Sequence record: OQ722176.1
DNA length: 64,000 nt
Direction: 5' to 3' (one strand)
Below the pieces are notes generated by a model. The model did not search any database. It had not been told where the DNA came from and saw only the letters and a list, made by a program, of their open reading frames with translations. Below are positions 1 to 9,188 of the stretch, in pieces. How positions within the stretch are numbered: the stretch's first letter is position 1; every line of letters begins with the position of its first letter. The translations under genes and the position numbers were made by a program.

Positions 1-179
1 AGATTCGCGAAATCAAAGCTATGTGCTCAGTTGAGGGTTGTCATAAGAAAGCAACCCATATCGGATTGTTCATTGGCGGAGCTCGTGTGCTTGACGGTGA
101 ACAGACATATATCGGTGATACTGATTACCGTAGTATGTGTCGTAAACATTTTATAGAGGGAAGTGATGGTACTAGCTAA
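1..179 (+). CDS. tk: Thymidine kinase, C-terminal fragment (gene begins before window)
   Basis: Hand translation of frame 3: IREIKAMC..C.KKAT...GEQTYIG.TDYRSMCRKHF, the zinc-binding lasso of type II TK; TAA at 177-179. Confidence 0.85.
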   Translation, partial: IREIKAMCSVEGCHKKATHIGLFIGGARVLDGEQTYIGDTDYRSMCRKHFIEGSDGTS

Positions 180-348
180 TTTACTATGTACGTTGATTGC
201 AGCATACATTGGCAATTACATCGGTCGTTATATCACAGTGAACAACGGTACATACAGAGGTCGTGATCCGTTTGCGTTTCGCAATATGAATCACTTTGTG
301 AATATCTTTATTGCGTTTTTAGTATGCGCGTTAACGGGTGGGTTATGA
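166..348 (+). CDS. Small hypothetical membrane protein
   Basis: Two hydrophobic segments; overlaps tk stop and next ATG. Confidence 0.5.
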   Translation: MVLANLLCTLIAAYIGNYIGRYITVNNGTYRGRDPFAFRNMNHFVNIFIAFLVCALTGGL

Positions 349-671
349 GTCATATACAAGATTTGGAAAATCAGATTCGCGAACTTGAGCGTGAGCTACA
401 TGAAGAGCGAAACCGTTGTCACCATACTCGTGTGACTTACAAAGAAGGCGCTGCTGATGGTGATCCGTGGTCTAGAGATCAATATTGGAAAGATATTGTA
501 TGTCTTGACTGTGGGTTTAAGTCTCATATTGACAGCGACATCAACCCAACTGACTATAACTTTCGCGGTGCATTAGGTTCTGTCTTACACGTGCCTAATG
601 AGAAATACGCGGTTTACAACGAAGTGAAAAAACTCATAGAGGAATCAGATGAAATACGCACGCTATATTGA
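345..671 (+). CDS. Hypothetical protein (coiled coil plus CxxC)
   Basis: ATGA overlap with upstream stop; CLDCG motif. Confidence 0.65.
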   Translation: MSHIQDLENQIRELERELHEERNRCHHTRVTYKEGAADGDPWSRDQYWKDIVCLDCGFKSHIDSDINPTDYNFRGALGSVLHVPNEKYAVYNEVKKLIEESDEIRTLY

Positions 672-984
672 GTTCAATGACAACGAAGGCGAAACATGGC
701 ATCGTTTTATCCCGATGACAGATCCGTGTCTAGACAAGTTTCTAGATGTAATGAAGCTCGTTGAAGATTCAGACGACACGTATTCAATCGAGATCGACCG
801 TGAAGGCAAGGTTGTTCAGTACGATGAATCATACGTTAAAGTGTTAGTTGATGAATCAGCTATGTACATGAACGGTTACATGGATGCATATGCCGTGTGC
901 AACATCAACGAAGACATTTTCAAATACGTAGGTGACTATGAAGAAGCTTACGAAACACTATACAAAATGGGGTGGGCGAAATGA
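649..984 (+). CDS. Hypothetical acidic protein
   Basis: ORF with GAGG RBS in a packed operon. Confidence 0.7.
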   Translation: MKYARYIEFNDNEGETWHRFIPMTDPCLDKFLDVMKLVEDSDDTYSIEIDREGKVVQYDESYVKVLVDESAMYMNGYMDAYAVCNINEDIFKYVGDYEEAYETLYKMGWAK

Positions 985-1571
985 CAGACTTTGAAGCGGT
1001 GAAGTTTATTTCAACCAAAATTCTTTCTGATATGAACACCACCGTGTCGAGTCGAAGCGTCGAATACACATTCGATGAATTGAACGAGTTTCTAGATTCA
1101 ATACGATTTAGCACGTGTTTCATTCGACCGCTACAAGACATATTGAGAGAAATAGATGAGACTATTGTGGTCGATTATGTACCTCAGTTTGATCGTAATA
1201 CCGCTAGTGGTCTAAATGACAAAACAACCAAATTAAGAGTGAGTAGTAATCTAATGACATTATACGACGTAGTAAAAGCATACAACGACGAGCACGGTTA
1301 TTCAAACGAGCCTGATTCGATGTATGAGACGTTCATTGAATGTATAAGCAAGCGAATTGTCCAAGAAGAAAACGAGTCTGAGCATCGTTGGTATGACATT
1401 CGTTCTGTTGTACATGCTGTTGACATCGACGGAACAGAGCGTTACTTCCAAACGTTTGACTATCACATTACTGGTGATAACTGTGCAAGTGACATGGATT
1501 TAGACATGCCAACGCTTGATGATGTGACAGAAGTACACCCACATCAAGTTACCATGACTGTTTACAAGTAA
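981..1571 (+). CDS. Hypothetical protein
   Basis: ATGA overlap; followed by terminator. Confidence 0.7.
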   Translation: MTDFEAVKFISTKILSDMNTTVSSRSVEYTFDELNEFLDSIRFSTCFIRPLQDILREIDETIVVDYVPQFDRNTASGLNDKTTKLRVSSNLMTLYDVVKAYNDEHGYSNEPDSMYETFIECISKRIVQEENESEHRWYDIRSVVHAVDIDGTERYFQTFDYHITGDNCASDMDLDMPTLDDVTEVHPHQVTMTVYK

Positions 1572-1573
1572 AC

Positions 1574-1599
1574 AAAGCCCCTTAATTGGGGCTTTTTTT
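1574..1599 (+). terminator. Intrinsic terminator
   Basis: AAAGCCCC-TTAATT-GGGGCTTT plus T run; near-identical copy at 22959. Confidence 0.85.
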
Positions 1600-1640
1600 A
1601 GGTCTGAAGAAAATTATTTTAATTTTTTTGCAAAAAGTGG

Positions 1641-1690
1641 TTGCGTGGTGAATGGTAATTTCCTATTATAGCTACATCGAAACGAGATAC
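1641..1690 (+). promoter_or_regulatory. Early sigma70-type promoter with conserved leader
   Basis: TTGCGT-17-TATTAT then AGCTACATCGAAACGAGATAC; AT-rich upstream. Confidence 0.85.
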
Positions 1691-1722
1691 ACATTCTTAA
1701 ACGACTATAGAGAGACGACATT

Positions 1723-2322
1723 ATGCCTAGCAACCTAAACAACATCAAAATCAAAGACATTCGCGAATTCGGTATCAGCACTGTTGAGTACAAAGATTTC
1801 ACAATCTTCGCTACTGAAGAGCTTGGTGAGATTATCCTACGCGCTGCTGTATGTTACGACGCAGACTCTGACGCTCACGTATCAGTAGTTGACGTATGTG
1901 GTGACACTCTGAAAGAAGCGAAAGCTTACTTGCAAGCTGAACTGAACGACATCAAGCACACTGCTGGTCAAATCGCTGAAATGGCAATTGCACTAGATGA
2001 CTTTGTTGGTCAATACGAAGTGCTAGTTGAGAAGTTCAACAAGCCAGTTGCTGTTACTCCAGTCGCAGTATCTGCACCAGTTGTTGAGACTAAACCAGAG
2101 CCGAAAGCTGAAGCGCCTAAGAAAACAAACGCTCGTGGTCAAGCTGCACGTGACTTAGTAGCAGAGAAAGCAACTGAGCTTCTTGGTCTAACTGAGATTA
2201 CATTCGAGCAGCGTGGCAAGTACAAAGACTGGTACATCATGGGTACTGACGCTGAAGGTGAAGCATTTGAGCAACGTCTAGACGTATTCAAGAAGAAACT
2301 AGTAGTAATGGGCGCACTATGA
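1723..2322 (+). CDS. Hypothetical early protein
   Basis: First ORF after promoter; Pro/Ala/Lys linker then basic C-terminal domain. Confidence 0.8.
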   Translation: MPSNLNNIKIKDIREFGISTVEYKDFTIFATEELGEIILRAAVCYDADSDAHVSVVDVCGDTLKEAKAYLQAELNDIKHTAGQIAEMAIALDDFVGQYEVLVEKFNKPVAVTPVAVSAPVVETKPEPKAEAPKKTNARGQAARDLVAEKATELLGLTEITFEQRGKYKDWYIMGTDAEGEAFEQRLDVFKKKLVVMGAL

Positions 2323-2570
2323 TTATCACTAAAAGCAGAGTCGTATACGACCGATATGAACTAACATGCGCTGATGACTTATTAGAGCATGTTAGTGAAG
2401 TCCGACGCTACGACGACGAACTTGACTTGTATTACGATAGCGGTAAGCCAGGTATTCTAACTCGACTTGCCACTATCAAACTCAAAGACGTTGGCGAGGT
2501 TCAATCTATCGACGCGCTAGAGCATTTCAAAGACAACTATGAACGGTATTGGGAGATTCTAAATGGATGA
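2319..2570 (+). CDS. Hypothetical protein
   Basis: ATGA overlap. Confidence 0.7.
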   Translation: MIITKSRVVYDRYELTCADDLLEHVSEVRRYDDELDLYYDSGKPGILTRLATIKLKDVGEVQSIDALEHFKDNYERYWEILNG

Positions 2571-2802
2571 TTTAATCGTGGGTGTTGTGTATATCGTAGT
2601 TCTAATCGGTATTGTTATTTTTGGCGTATACGATGAGATTCGCAATAACAAAGATAAGCCGATGACAGGCGATGATGCAAGTAGCATTTTTCTAATAGCA
2701 GTTGCATGGCCAGTTATAGCAATGCTTTTTCTAAGTGCGGGTATGGCTCATGGTATAGAGAAGTCGTTTACCTACGTTGTCAATAAGCTAAAGGGATTGT
2801 AA
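2563..2802 (+). CDS. Hypothetical membrane protein
   Basis: Two hydrophobic helices. Confidence 0.7.
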   Translation: MDDLIVGVVYIVVLIGIVIFGVYDEIRNNKDKPMTGDDASSIFLIAVAWPVIAMLFLSAGMAHGIEKSFTYVVNKLKGL

Positions 2803-2972
2803 TGGTTAATCAAATTAGACGCATCAACGGCGATGATTTTCTAGTCACGTCTCATCGTGATAACAAGTGTGAAGTACAAAAGCTTTCACATACTGAATTA
2901 GTTCTTGACACGTACGACGAAAAAGAGCTAGAATCATTCGAACTTATTACAACACTATCTGATACATTCTAA
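2802..2972 (+). CDS. Small hypothetical protein (56 aa, not in ORF track)
   Basis: TAATG overlap; MVNQIRRINGDDFLV...; fills the gap before 2982. Confidence 0.5.
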   Translation: MVNQIRRINGDDFLVTSHRDNKCEVQKLSHTELVLDTYDEKELESFELITTLSDTF

Positions 2973-2981
2973 GGAAATATT

Positions 2982-3542
2982 ATGCAAAAAGTAATCATGA
3001 CTTCAAAACACCACACAATGCCTGTTGCGCCTGATACAGAAGGTGTATTAGTATGTTCAGATAAGAAGCACAACTTCGTATACTGGCCAACTGAAGACAA
3101 GATCTCACGTCATCTACATGGTAAGTCTATTGAGACTCAGAAATTTGGTTTCTTAGAGCACAATGAAAAACTAGTTGCCAAGCGTGCTCTTGAACGATAC
3201 AAAGCAGAAAACGCAGAAAAGATAAAGGCGAAGAAATCAAACGGCGCGACGACTGCAAAACTCGGTACTGCTACGAACGCACTTGATATATTGAATACTG
3301 AAATGGGTGCTGTGTCTGCTGTTATGAATGGCGGTGATTACAACAAGCTTCAAAAAGCAGTCATCATTAAAAATGTAGCCAAAATCGTTGAACGCTGTCG
3401 AGTACAACTAGGGTTAACTGAACTAATGCTTCTAGGTGACGGTATTGACGAAGCTGAGAATACAATCAACTCAGCCAAAGAACTATACTCACAATTACAA
3501 GATCTAGGTGTTGAGTCACCTGACACTCTTCTAAACCTTTAA
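2982..3542 (+). CDS. Hypothetical protein
   Basis: AAGGA RBS; long ORF. Confidence 0.75.
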   Translation: MQKVIMTSKHHTMPVAPDTEGVLVCSDKKHNFVYWPTEDKISRHLHGKSIETQKFGFLEHNEKLVAKRALERYKAENAEKIKAKKSNGATTAKLGTATNALDILNTEMGAVSAVMNGGDYNKLQKAVIIKNVAKIVERCRVQLGLTELMLLGDGIDEAENTINSAKELYSQLQDLGVESPDTLLNL

Positions 3543-3572
3543 TACATTTACATTACTTGAGAGAATTACATT

Positions 3573-4136
3573 ATGAACAAATCAGTACAACTAGCAATCG
3601 CATTCGCCGGCACACACATGGTAACTGCATACGAACTTGGTCAGAACTTCTACAACGAGCGCAAAGACTCAAAAGCTGATGTTGATAGCGTGCGTCGTCA
3701 ATGTGCTAAAGAGCTTGAAGAAGGTGTGAAAGCGGGATTGCTAACTCGTGTTAACGGTAAACGTTACCCTGGCTCTACTAAGTTCGCGCATCGTTACACG
3801 TGTCGTAAGTACGCTGATAAGATTGGGTTGAAGAACGTTCCTTATAAAGACGGTCATAAAGCACCAGTTAAAACAGGTATTGTTGCACTGATTCGTAAAT
3901 GCGTAGCTGAAATGGTTGACGACAAAACGTACCGTCACAAGAAGTTCACTTCAAATGCGATTGGTATTGCTACTGTTATTCAATACATTCGCGAAGGTAA
4001 AACACCAACTGCTCGTAAGATTCTAAAGAATCACGCAAGCACATACGAGCGAAACGTACGTTATGTTGTTGTGAATCATCGTGGTGTTCTTGATGACAAT
4101 GGCGTTATTTTACGCGACTTGGTGAAAGGTGCATAA
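3573..4136 (+). CDS. Hypothetical basic protein
   Basis: GAGA RBS; Lys/Arg rich. Confidence 0.75.
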   Translation: MNKSVQLAIAFAGTHMVTAYELGQNFYNERKDSKADVDSVRRQCAKELEEGVKAGLLTRVNGKRYPGSTKFAHRYTCRKYADKIGLKNVPYKDGHKAPVKTGIVALIRKCVAEMVDDKTYRHKKFTSNAIGIATVIQYIREGKTPTARKILKNHASTYERNVRYVVVNHRGVLDDNGVILRDLVKGA

Positions 4137-4519
4137 TGCAACCGATAGACGTAAGAGATAGATTGCCGTCGAGAGACGGCACTTATCTGTGCATTCGATA
4201 CGGTATGCCGTATATGCCAGAAGCGATTGAGTTCTTTATTGACTGCGACGACATCGGAACTTGGTCAGATGAGATTCTTTGCAGACAAGGTGGCGGTGGT
4301 GTTAAGCCTTACAATCAATTGTCGAACGCTGAGAAATATTGGCGAACCAATTACGGTAAAGTGATTTACTGGTTTGAAGTCCCTGAGAATCACATGAGCA
4401 GCAACGATTTCAAAGACTACATGCTTGCTGAACTATGCAGTCGCGGTATTGATCCAGATGAAGTCACTGGTACATGGGATAGAGTAGAAGCACACGGAGA
4501 AACAACATGCACAAAATGA
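4136..4519 (+). CDS. Hypothetical protein, DUF551-like N-terminus
   Basis: VRDRLP motif resembles WISVKDRLP phage proteins; weak. Confidence 0.6.
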   Translation: MQPIDVRDRLPSRDGTYLCIRYGMPYMPEAIEFFIDCDDIGTWSDEILCRQGGGGVKPYNQLSNAEKYWRTNYGKVIYWFEVPENHMSSNDFKDYMLAELCSRGIDPDEVTGTWDRVEAHGETTCTK

Positions 4520-5100
4520 CAGTACACGTATGTGACTATTGCGACTTTCAAAGCATTCTAGAGCGTGAAGTAGCAGCACACGAGAAAATTTGCGCTGCTG
4601 TGAAAACGTTCAACGACGTTAAAGCGATTCAGCAAGCACAAGCTAGTGCTTATCTCGATACGATTCGTTTACGTGCTTGCTCATTTAAACACTTGTTTAA
4701 CATCATTCTTGATGAAGAAGATTTGATCATCGAAGCTGTTCACGTGTTGCATTACTACGGGGAAGAACGCAAAACACCGCGTATGATGAACTTCAGGTGG
4801 GAATTCTGTCATTTCTGTCACGAGTACGAACAATTTCGAGACGAGAGAAAGACACACAGCGCGCCAGTTGGTGAGAAAACTTGCCCGATGTGGTCTGAAA
4901 ACAAAGAAGACATCAAGCACGGTTTAGCTTCTTCGATTCGTTGTCATTGGGAACATCAAGGCAATCGTAAAAAGTTCGATTTATATCGCAAGTACATTGG
5001 TCACATCCCGGGCATTAACTGCGGTACGGGTGGTGGTGTTGAGAAATGCGATTCATATCTTACACTTTGGAAAGATGACTTTCCGTTGATTCGAGGTTAA
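4507..5100 (+). CDS. Hypothetical protein with N-terminal zinc-finger-like motif
   Basis: CDYC-x12-HEKIC. Confidence 0.7.
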   Translation: MHKMTVHVCDYCDFQSILEREVAAHEKICAAVKTFNDVKAIQQAQASAYLDTIRLRACSFKHLFNIILDEEDLIIEAVHVLHYYGEERKTPRMMNFRWEFCHFCHEYEQFRDERKTHSAPVGEKTCPMWSENKEDIKHGLASSIRCHWEHQGNRKKFDLYRKYIGHIPGINCGTGGGVEKCDSYLTLWKDDFPLIRG

Positions 5101-5101
5101 C

Positions 5102-5503
5102 ATGAACCCAGATTACTTCAAAAACAAAATCAAATTCATTACGAGCAACGCCGAATCGTTTGCTGAAGTCATTGAACCGTACATGTCTGATTATGAAAAC
5201 TTCAACACGAGCGATTACAATCTCGTTGATGTATCAATCGACGAAGACGCAAACGTGATTTTGAGGTTCGAAGACTATTGGGCTGGTCAATCTGAGTACA
5301 TCGTTTATACTCATCCAGTTTCAGACTTCTGGGATACCGATTCGACTGCTGCGACTATCAAGCGTTATCGTGAAGCGGCACATGCACGTGCAGCACTAGA
5401 ATCCAAAATGTCGGTTGAAGCAGAGAAAAAAAGCTCAAGCCGAAATCGAAGAAAAAGAGCGTGCCGAGTTGCAACGTCTAACCGAGAAATACGTATTCGG
5501 TAA
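5102..5503 (+). CDS. Hypothetical protein
   Basis: ORF ends before terminator/promoter module. Confidence 0.65.
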   Translation: MNPDYFKNKIKFITSNAESFAEVIEPYMSDYENFNTSDYNLVDVSIDEDANVILRFEDYWAGQSEYIVYTHPVSDFWDTDSTAATIKRYREAAHARAALESKMSVEAEKKSSSRNRRKRACRVATSNREIRIR

Positions 5504-5524
5504 AAAATAATCAATTTCACCAAA

Positions 5525-5581
5525 AAAAGGGTTGCTCTATGCAGCCCTTTTCTGTATTATAGCTTTATCGAAACGAGATAC
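5525..5581 (+). promoter_or_regulatory. Fused terminator and early promoter
   Basis: Hairpin AAAAGGGTTGC-TCTAT-GCAGCCCTTTT contains -35 TTGCTC (5532); -10 TATTAT (5555); leader AGCTTTATCGAAACGAGATAC. Confidence 0.85.
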
Positions 5582-5593
5582 AGAGAGAAAACT

Positions 5594-5836
5594 ATGACTT
5601 CAGTAATCAACGCAAAATTCCAAGCAGTTATCCACAACGCACAAGACGCAGTTGTTGAAGTCAATGCTTCTTTCGATTACGTAGCATCTAACGCTGAAAT
5701 TGCAACTGACATTTGGCACAACGAAATGACTCCGTTCGAGCGCCTAGAGTTTGTTCAAGAATTCACGCCAGAGAATCTAGTTATCGAGCGTCGTTACAAA
5801 CTTGCACTATGGTTAATTGAAAATTCTTTAAAATAA
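5594..5836 (+). CDS. Hypothetical early protein
   Basis: GAGAG RBS after promoter. Confidence 0.75.
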   Translation: MTSVINAKFQAVIHNAQDAVVEVNASFDYVASNAEIATDIWHNEMTPFERLEFVQEFTPENLVIERRYKLALWLIENSLK

Positions 5837-5839
5837 TCA

Positions 5840-5878
5840 TTGACAGCAATCACCAAAAAGCCGATAATAGCTACATCA
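5840..5878 (+). promoter_or_regulatory. Early promoter
   Basis: TTGACA-17-GATAAT then AGCTACATC. Confidence 0.8.
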
Positions 5879-5897
5879 AGACAAGAGAGAGAACATT

Positions 5898-6188
5898 ATG
5901 AACTACACTACTGAAACAATCACTGCTTGCATGAATCTAGTTGCTACTCTGAAATCAGACAAGATTACAAAAGGTAACGTGACTAAGCTACGCGCTGCAT
6001 ACCGCGCACAGCAAGATCAAGAAGTGTCGATTGCAATGTCTTCTATCTGTTCTATTGCTGAACGTCACTTAGACCGTAAAGCAGCAAATCGTCCTAGCAT
6101 GACGAAGTGTGCAGAGTCTTACTTGAACTTTGATTGGCGCACAATCCCTGGTTGTATTGGTTTCACTCGCGAAGTAGCAGAGGTTTAA
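5898..6188 (+). CDS. Hypothetical early protein
   Basis: GAGAGAACATTATG start context. Confidence 0.75.
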   Translation: MNYTTETITACMNLVATLKSDKITKGNVTKLRAAYRAQQDQEVSIAMSSICSIAERHLDRKAANRPSMTKCAESYLNFDWRTIPGCIGFTREVAEV

Positions 6189-6277
6189 ATGAGCAAAATC
6201 GACGAAGCATTATTGTGCATTTTATTTTATGTTCTTTGCGCACTGCATTTTGTAACTAAAACGACATACAAATTACG

Positions 6278-6586
6278 TTGGATTTTACTCGGAGCATTTA
6301 TCATATGGTCAGTCTTTTAAACGCAGTAAACAGTGAGTTCACAGACAAGACGGGATATATCTTGCCTACTGAAATCGCTGAGAAAGTCGCACGCGAGTGT
6401 GAGCAAGAATATTGGGCTACGATTTACACGCATGATTGCACGTCGTTAGACACTGCTGATCGTGACATTGCATTCGATTGCATTGCCACAGAACTTGGCT
6501 TCGAAGCTGGCTGGCCATTGTACATGTCAACTCAAGAATACACAGAGTCATTCTGGGCAGCTATTGAGAAATTGGAGAAAGCATGA
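6278..6586 (+). CDS. Hypothetical protein (start uncertain)
   Basis: ORF track; acidic, abuts next gene. Confidence 0.6.
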   Translation: MDFTRSIYHMVSLLNAVNSEFTDKTGYILPTEIAEKVARECEQEYWATIYTHDCTSLDTADRDIAFDCIATELGFEAGWPLYMSTQEYTESFWAAIEKLEKA

Positions 6587-6867
6587 AAATTTTATCTAAA
6601 GTAAAAGAGTTCTTCTTCCCTACGATCACGCCACCAGTGATTGGCGAACAATATCGTCAAATCGAGAGAGATTGGGTTGACGTTGAAAATCACGCGACTA
6701 TAATCGAAGTCACCAACGTATCGAAAGACGGTAAGCACATAAAATACGAATGGGTTCGTATTGAAGGCAAGCCATGCGTGCAAACATTCGCAGGCTCAAC
6801 ATCGTCTAGCAGTACATACGAAATGGCAACACACCACCTTTACAGAATGTTTGAGAAAGTAAAATGA
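6583..6867 (+). CDS. Hypothetical protein, paralogue family A
   Basis: IGEQY..IEVTNVSKDG..IKY..IEGKP shared with 7740 ORF. Confidence 0.7.
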   Translation: MKILSKVKEFFFPTITPPVIGEQYRQIERDWVDVENHATIIEVTNVSKDGKHIKYEWVRIEGKPCVQTFAGSTSSSSTYEMATHHLYRMFEKVK

Positions 6868-7280
6868 CACGAATCAATTGTATGCCGGCTGAAACGCTCT
6901 CTGACAAGCATTTACTTGCAGAGTATAAAGAGATAACTCGTCCCTTCAACAAGGTTGAGAAGCGCATACAAGAGCACACAATGGGTAATGTGACCATTCC
7001 TGAGCATTACGTGCTTGGTACTGGTCACGAAACGTTCTTTTTTGACAAGCTGCACTATCTTTATACACGTTATCAAGACTTGTGCGAAGAGTTATTGCAT
7101 CGTGGCGTGAACATCAACGTTGAGCAGTTTGAAGAAATCTGCGAATGGATTGAAAACACGTTTGTTGACACGCCATACTGGAACTATTGGTCACCGAGAC
7201 CAGAAGACATGTATTTGAACATGGCTCGACTTGTGAAGCGCAGCAATTTCGACGCTGCGAAAAATGAAGCACTGAACTGA
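6864..7280 (+). CDS. denV: Pyrimidine-dimer DNA glycosylase (endonuclease V)
   Basis: MTRIN...L.DKHLLAEYKEITR..., YVLGTGH.TFFFDKL.YL..RY..L..EL..RG match T4 endonuclease V. Confidence 0.93.
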   Translation: MTRINCMPAETLSDKHLLAEYKEITRPFNKVEKRIQEHTMGNVTIPEHYVLGTGHETFFFDKLHYLYTRYQDLCEELLHRGVNINVEQFEEICEWIENTFVDTPYWNYWSPRPEDMYLNMARLVKRSNFDAAKNEALN

Positions 7281-7290
7281 GGAAATTATT

Positions 7291-7743
7291 ATGGCACGTC
7301 CACCGAGATTTGATGATTATCACCCACATCCGCCAAGAAGACCAAACGGTACGCGACACGTTAAAGACGGTTTACCAGATGAGCCTAGTTCTCGTAAGTT
7401 GAACTGCAAAGTAACTGAGCAGAAAGACGCGAAGATTTTCAAAATCATCATGTTCTGGTTCTTCTTTGCAATAATCGGGATTGGGATTGCTTCATACGCG
7501 GGTTTCTTCAGACAGATTGAAATTGGTGATCGATACTTCATTATTGAAGATAGCGGTTGGGAACGTGGTGAGAAAATATCGTTTGGTATTACAGTCACTG
7601 ACGTGAATTACGAGCAGAAACGACTACGCTACGTGTACATCGGTACAAAATCTGCCGAGCGAGAACTGACCTTTGAAGCTCTTAAACGCTCGTATGTAGC
7701 TGAACGCGATTTGAAACACACAACATCGGAGAAAACAAAATGA
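7291..7743 (+). CDS. Membrane-anchored hypothetical protein, paralogue family A
   Basis: TM segment then IEIGDRY...ITVTDV...LRYVY. Confidence 0.7.
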   Translation: MARPPRFDDYHPHPPRRPNGTRHVKDGLPDEPSSRKLNCKVTEQKDAKIFKIIMFWFFFAIIGIGIASYAGFFRQIEIGDRYFIIEDSGWERGEKISFGITVTDVNYEQKRLRYVYIGTKSAERELTFEALKRSYVAERDLKHTTSEKTK

Positions 7744-8105
7744 AATTCAAATGGACACCGCTTACGTTTACCGGCGCGATTATTCTAGTGTGGGCTACTG
7801 TAATCTTTATGCTGTACAATACTGCAAATGGGTTCCCGAGTTTCAAGCCTGATATTAAAGTCGGTGATGTGTACCAACGTGTTAAAGTAGCCAAATACGC
7901 AAGCGACCCAGATGAAGTTACGGTTATTGAAATCACAGAGATCAGTAAAGATGGTGATGACGTGCGTTACATTTACAAAATGATCGACAATAAGCCGTTT
8001 CACAATGATGACCCACATCACTGGAATTCATCGACGACAACAATTTACAAATTGTATGAGAAACTTGATTATGAAAGCAACGCAAAAGCAGATCGAACTA
8101 TGTAA
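7740..8105 (+). CDS. Membrane-anchored hypothetical protein, paralogue family A
   Basis: TM segment then IKVGDVY...IEITEISKDG..VRY. Confidence 0.7.
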   Translation: MKFKWTPLTFTGAIILVWATVIFMLYNTANGFPSFKPDIKVGDVYQRVKVAKYASDPDEVTVIEITEISKDGDDVRYIYKMIDNKPFHNDDPHHWNSSTTTIYKLYEKLDYESNAKADRTM

Positions 8106-8295
8106 CTTGCTCATCGACAATGGCGCGCCGTTTTACTTGAAGCATCCGCATGAAGATAGCATTGAAGCTGCTGATCAGTTCATCAAAGCCAATCGTCATT
8201 ATCTACAGCGTGGTATTGTCAAACACGAGAACTATTATCACAAAGCAATCGAGAACGGTTTGATGCCTGAAGATTTAGGTGTGCCAAATATGTAA
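8071..8295 (+). CDS. Hypothetical protein
   Basis: MKATQKQI start; ORF track frame. Confidence 0.6.
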   Translation: MKATQKQIELCNLLIDNGAPFYLKHPHEDSIEAADQFIKANRHYLQRGIVKHENYYHKAIENGLMPEDLGVPNM

Positions 8296-8302
8296 AAAGT
8301 GG

Positions 8303-8330
8303 TTGCAATGCTCATTCAGATACGTATAAT
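8303..8330 (+). promoter_or_regulatory. Early promoter
   Basis: TTGCAA-16-TATAAT, then CATC core and GAGAGAAACATTATG. Confidence 0.7.
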
Positions 8331-8358
8331 GAACTCATCAACTGAAGAGAGAAACATT

Positions 8359-8493
8359 ATGACTGACAGACTAGATTGGGAAATCGTTAAGAAATCAAGC
8401 TTCATTGCAACGTACAAAGACGGTACAGTAATTGTAGCTCGTACGCGCAGTGAGTTAAACAGCAAGATCAACGAATTCGAGAAGTCGCTATGA
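8359..8493 (+). CDS. Small hypothetical early protein
   Basis: RBS GAGAG; 44 aa. Confidence 0.65.
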   Translation: MTDRLDWEIVKKSSFIATYKDGTVIVARTRSELNSKINEFEKSL

Positions 8494-8750
8494 GTTACAT
8501 CAATTGGGATATTCTCAACAAGAAAGTGTTAATCAAATCAAATCACGGTCAAGCATTGATAGTGAATGTCAAATTTGATGACACGTTCAAAGAGGCAGGT
8601 GCGACATTCGTTAATGTTCTGTACCTTGCAACTGACGAATTCACTGATCTCGACTTCACGGAAGAAGAGTCACCTAATCTACAGCATTACGTGTACACTG
8701 GTTATTGGAAACTTGATTACATCAATTCACTGTTTGGAGAGAAACAATGA
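8490..8750 (+). CDS. Hypothetical protein
   Basis: ATGA overlap. Confidence 0.65.
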   Translation: MSYINWDILNKKVLIKSNHGQALIVNVKFDDTFKEAGATFVNVLYLATDEFTDLDFTEEESPNLQHYVYTGYWKLDYINSLFGEKQ

Positions 8751-8957
8751 GCTTTAAAACCCGAGTAAAAATTTGGCACGCTGCACGAGCAGTTGATATG
8801 TTCTTGTTCAATCTAGCCGTAGCGATTTCGCGAAGCTTCTAACACAAGAGGGATGGTATGCCGTTTACGCTATCCCTTCACGATTTATCACCAATGGGAT
8901 TTGATGATTTCAGCAAAGCAGTAGATAAAATCAGGGAAGAATCTAAGGAAGAAATTT

Positions 8958-9179
8958 ATGAAAGTAGTATACGAAAATGCAACAAAGCACGAGAAAGGTC
9001 TTGTGGTTTACTTGAAGTTCAACGACGTAACGAACTACCGCGTCGGTAATGGTGCTGTGAAAAACGGTAAATCGTTTCAAGGCACAGTAAAGAAAGGTGA
9101 AAAGGTTTACGCAGATGAATTCGTAGTCGCTCACTCAAGTCAAACAGTCGAAGACGCTAACAAGCGCCAATGCAAATAG
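8958..9179 (+). CDS. Hypothetical protein
   Basis: AAGGA RBS. Confidence 0.65.
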   Translation: MKVVYENATKHEKGLVVYLKFNDVTNYRVGNGAVKNGKSFQGTVKKGEKVYADEFVVAHSSQTVEDANKRQCK

Positions 9180-9188
9180 GAGAATAAC

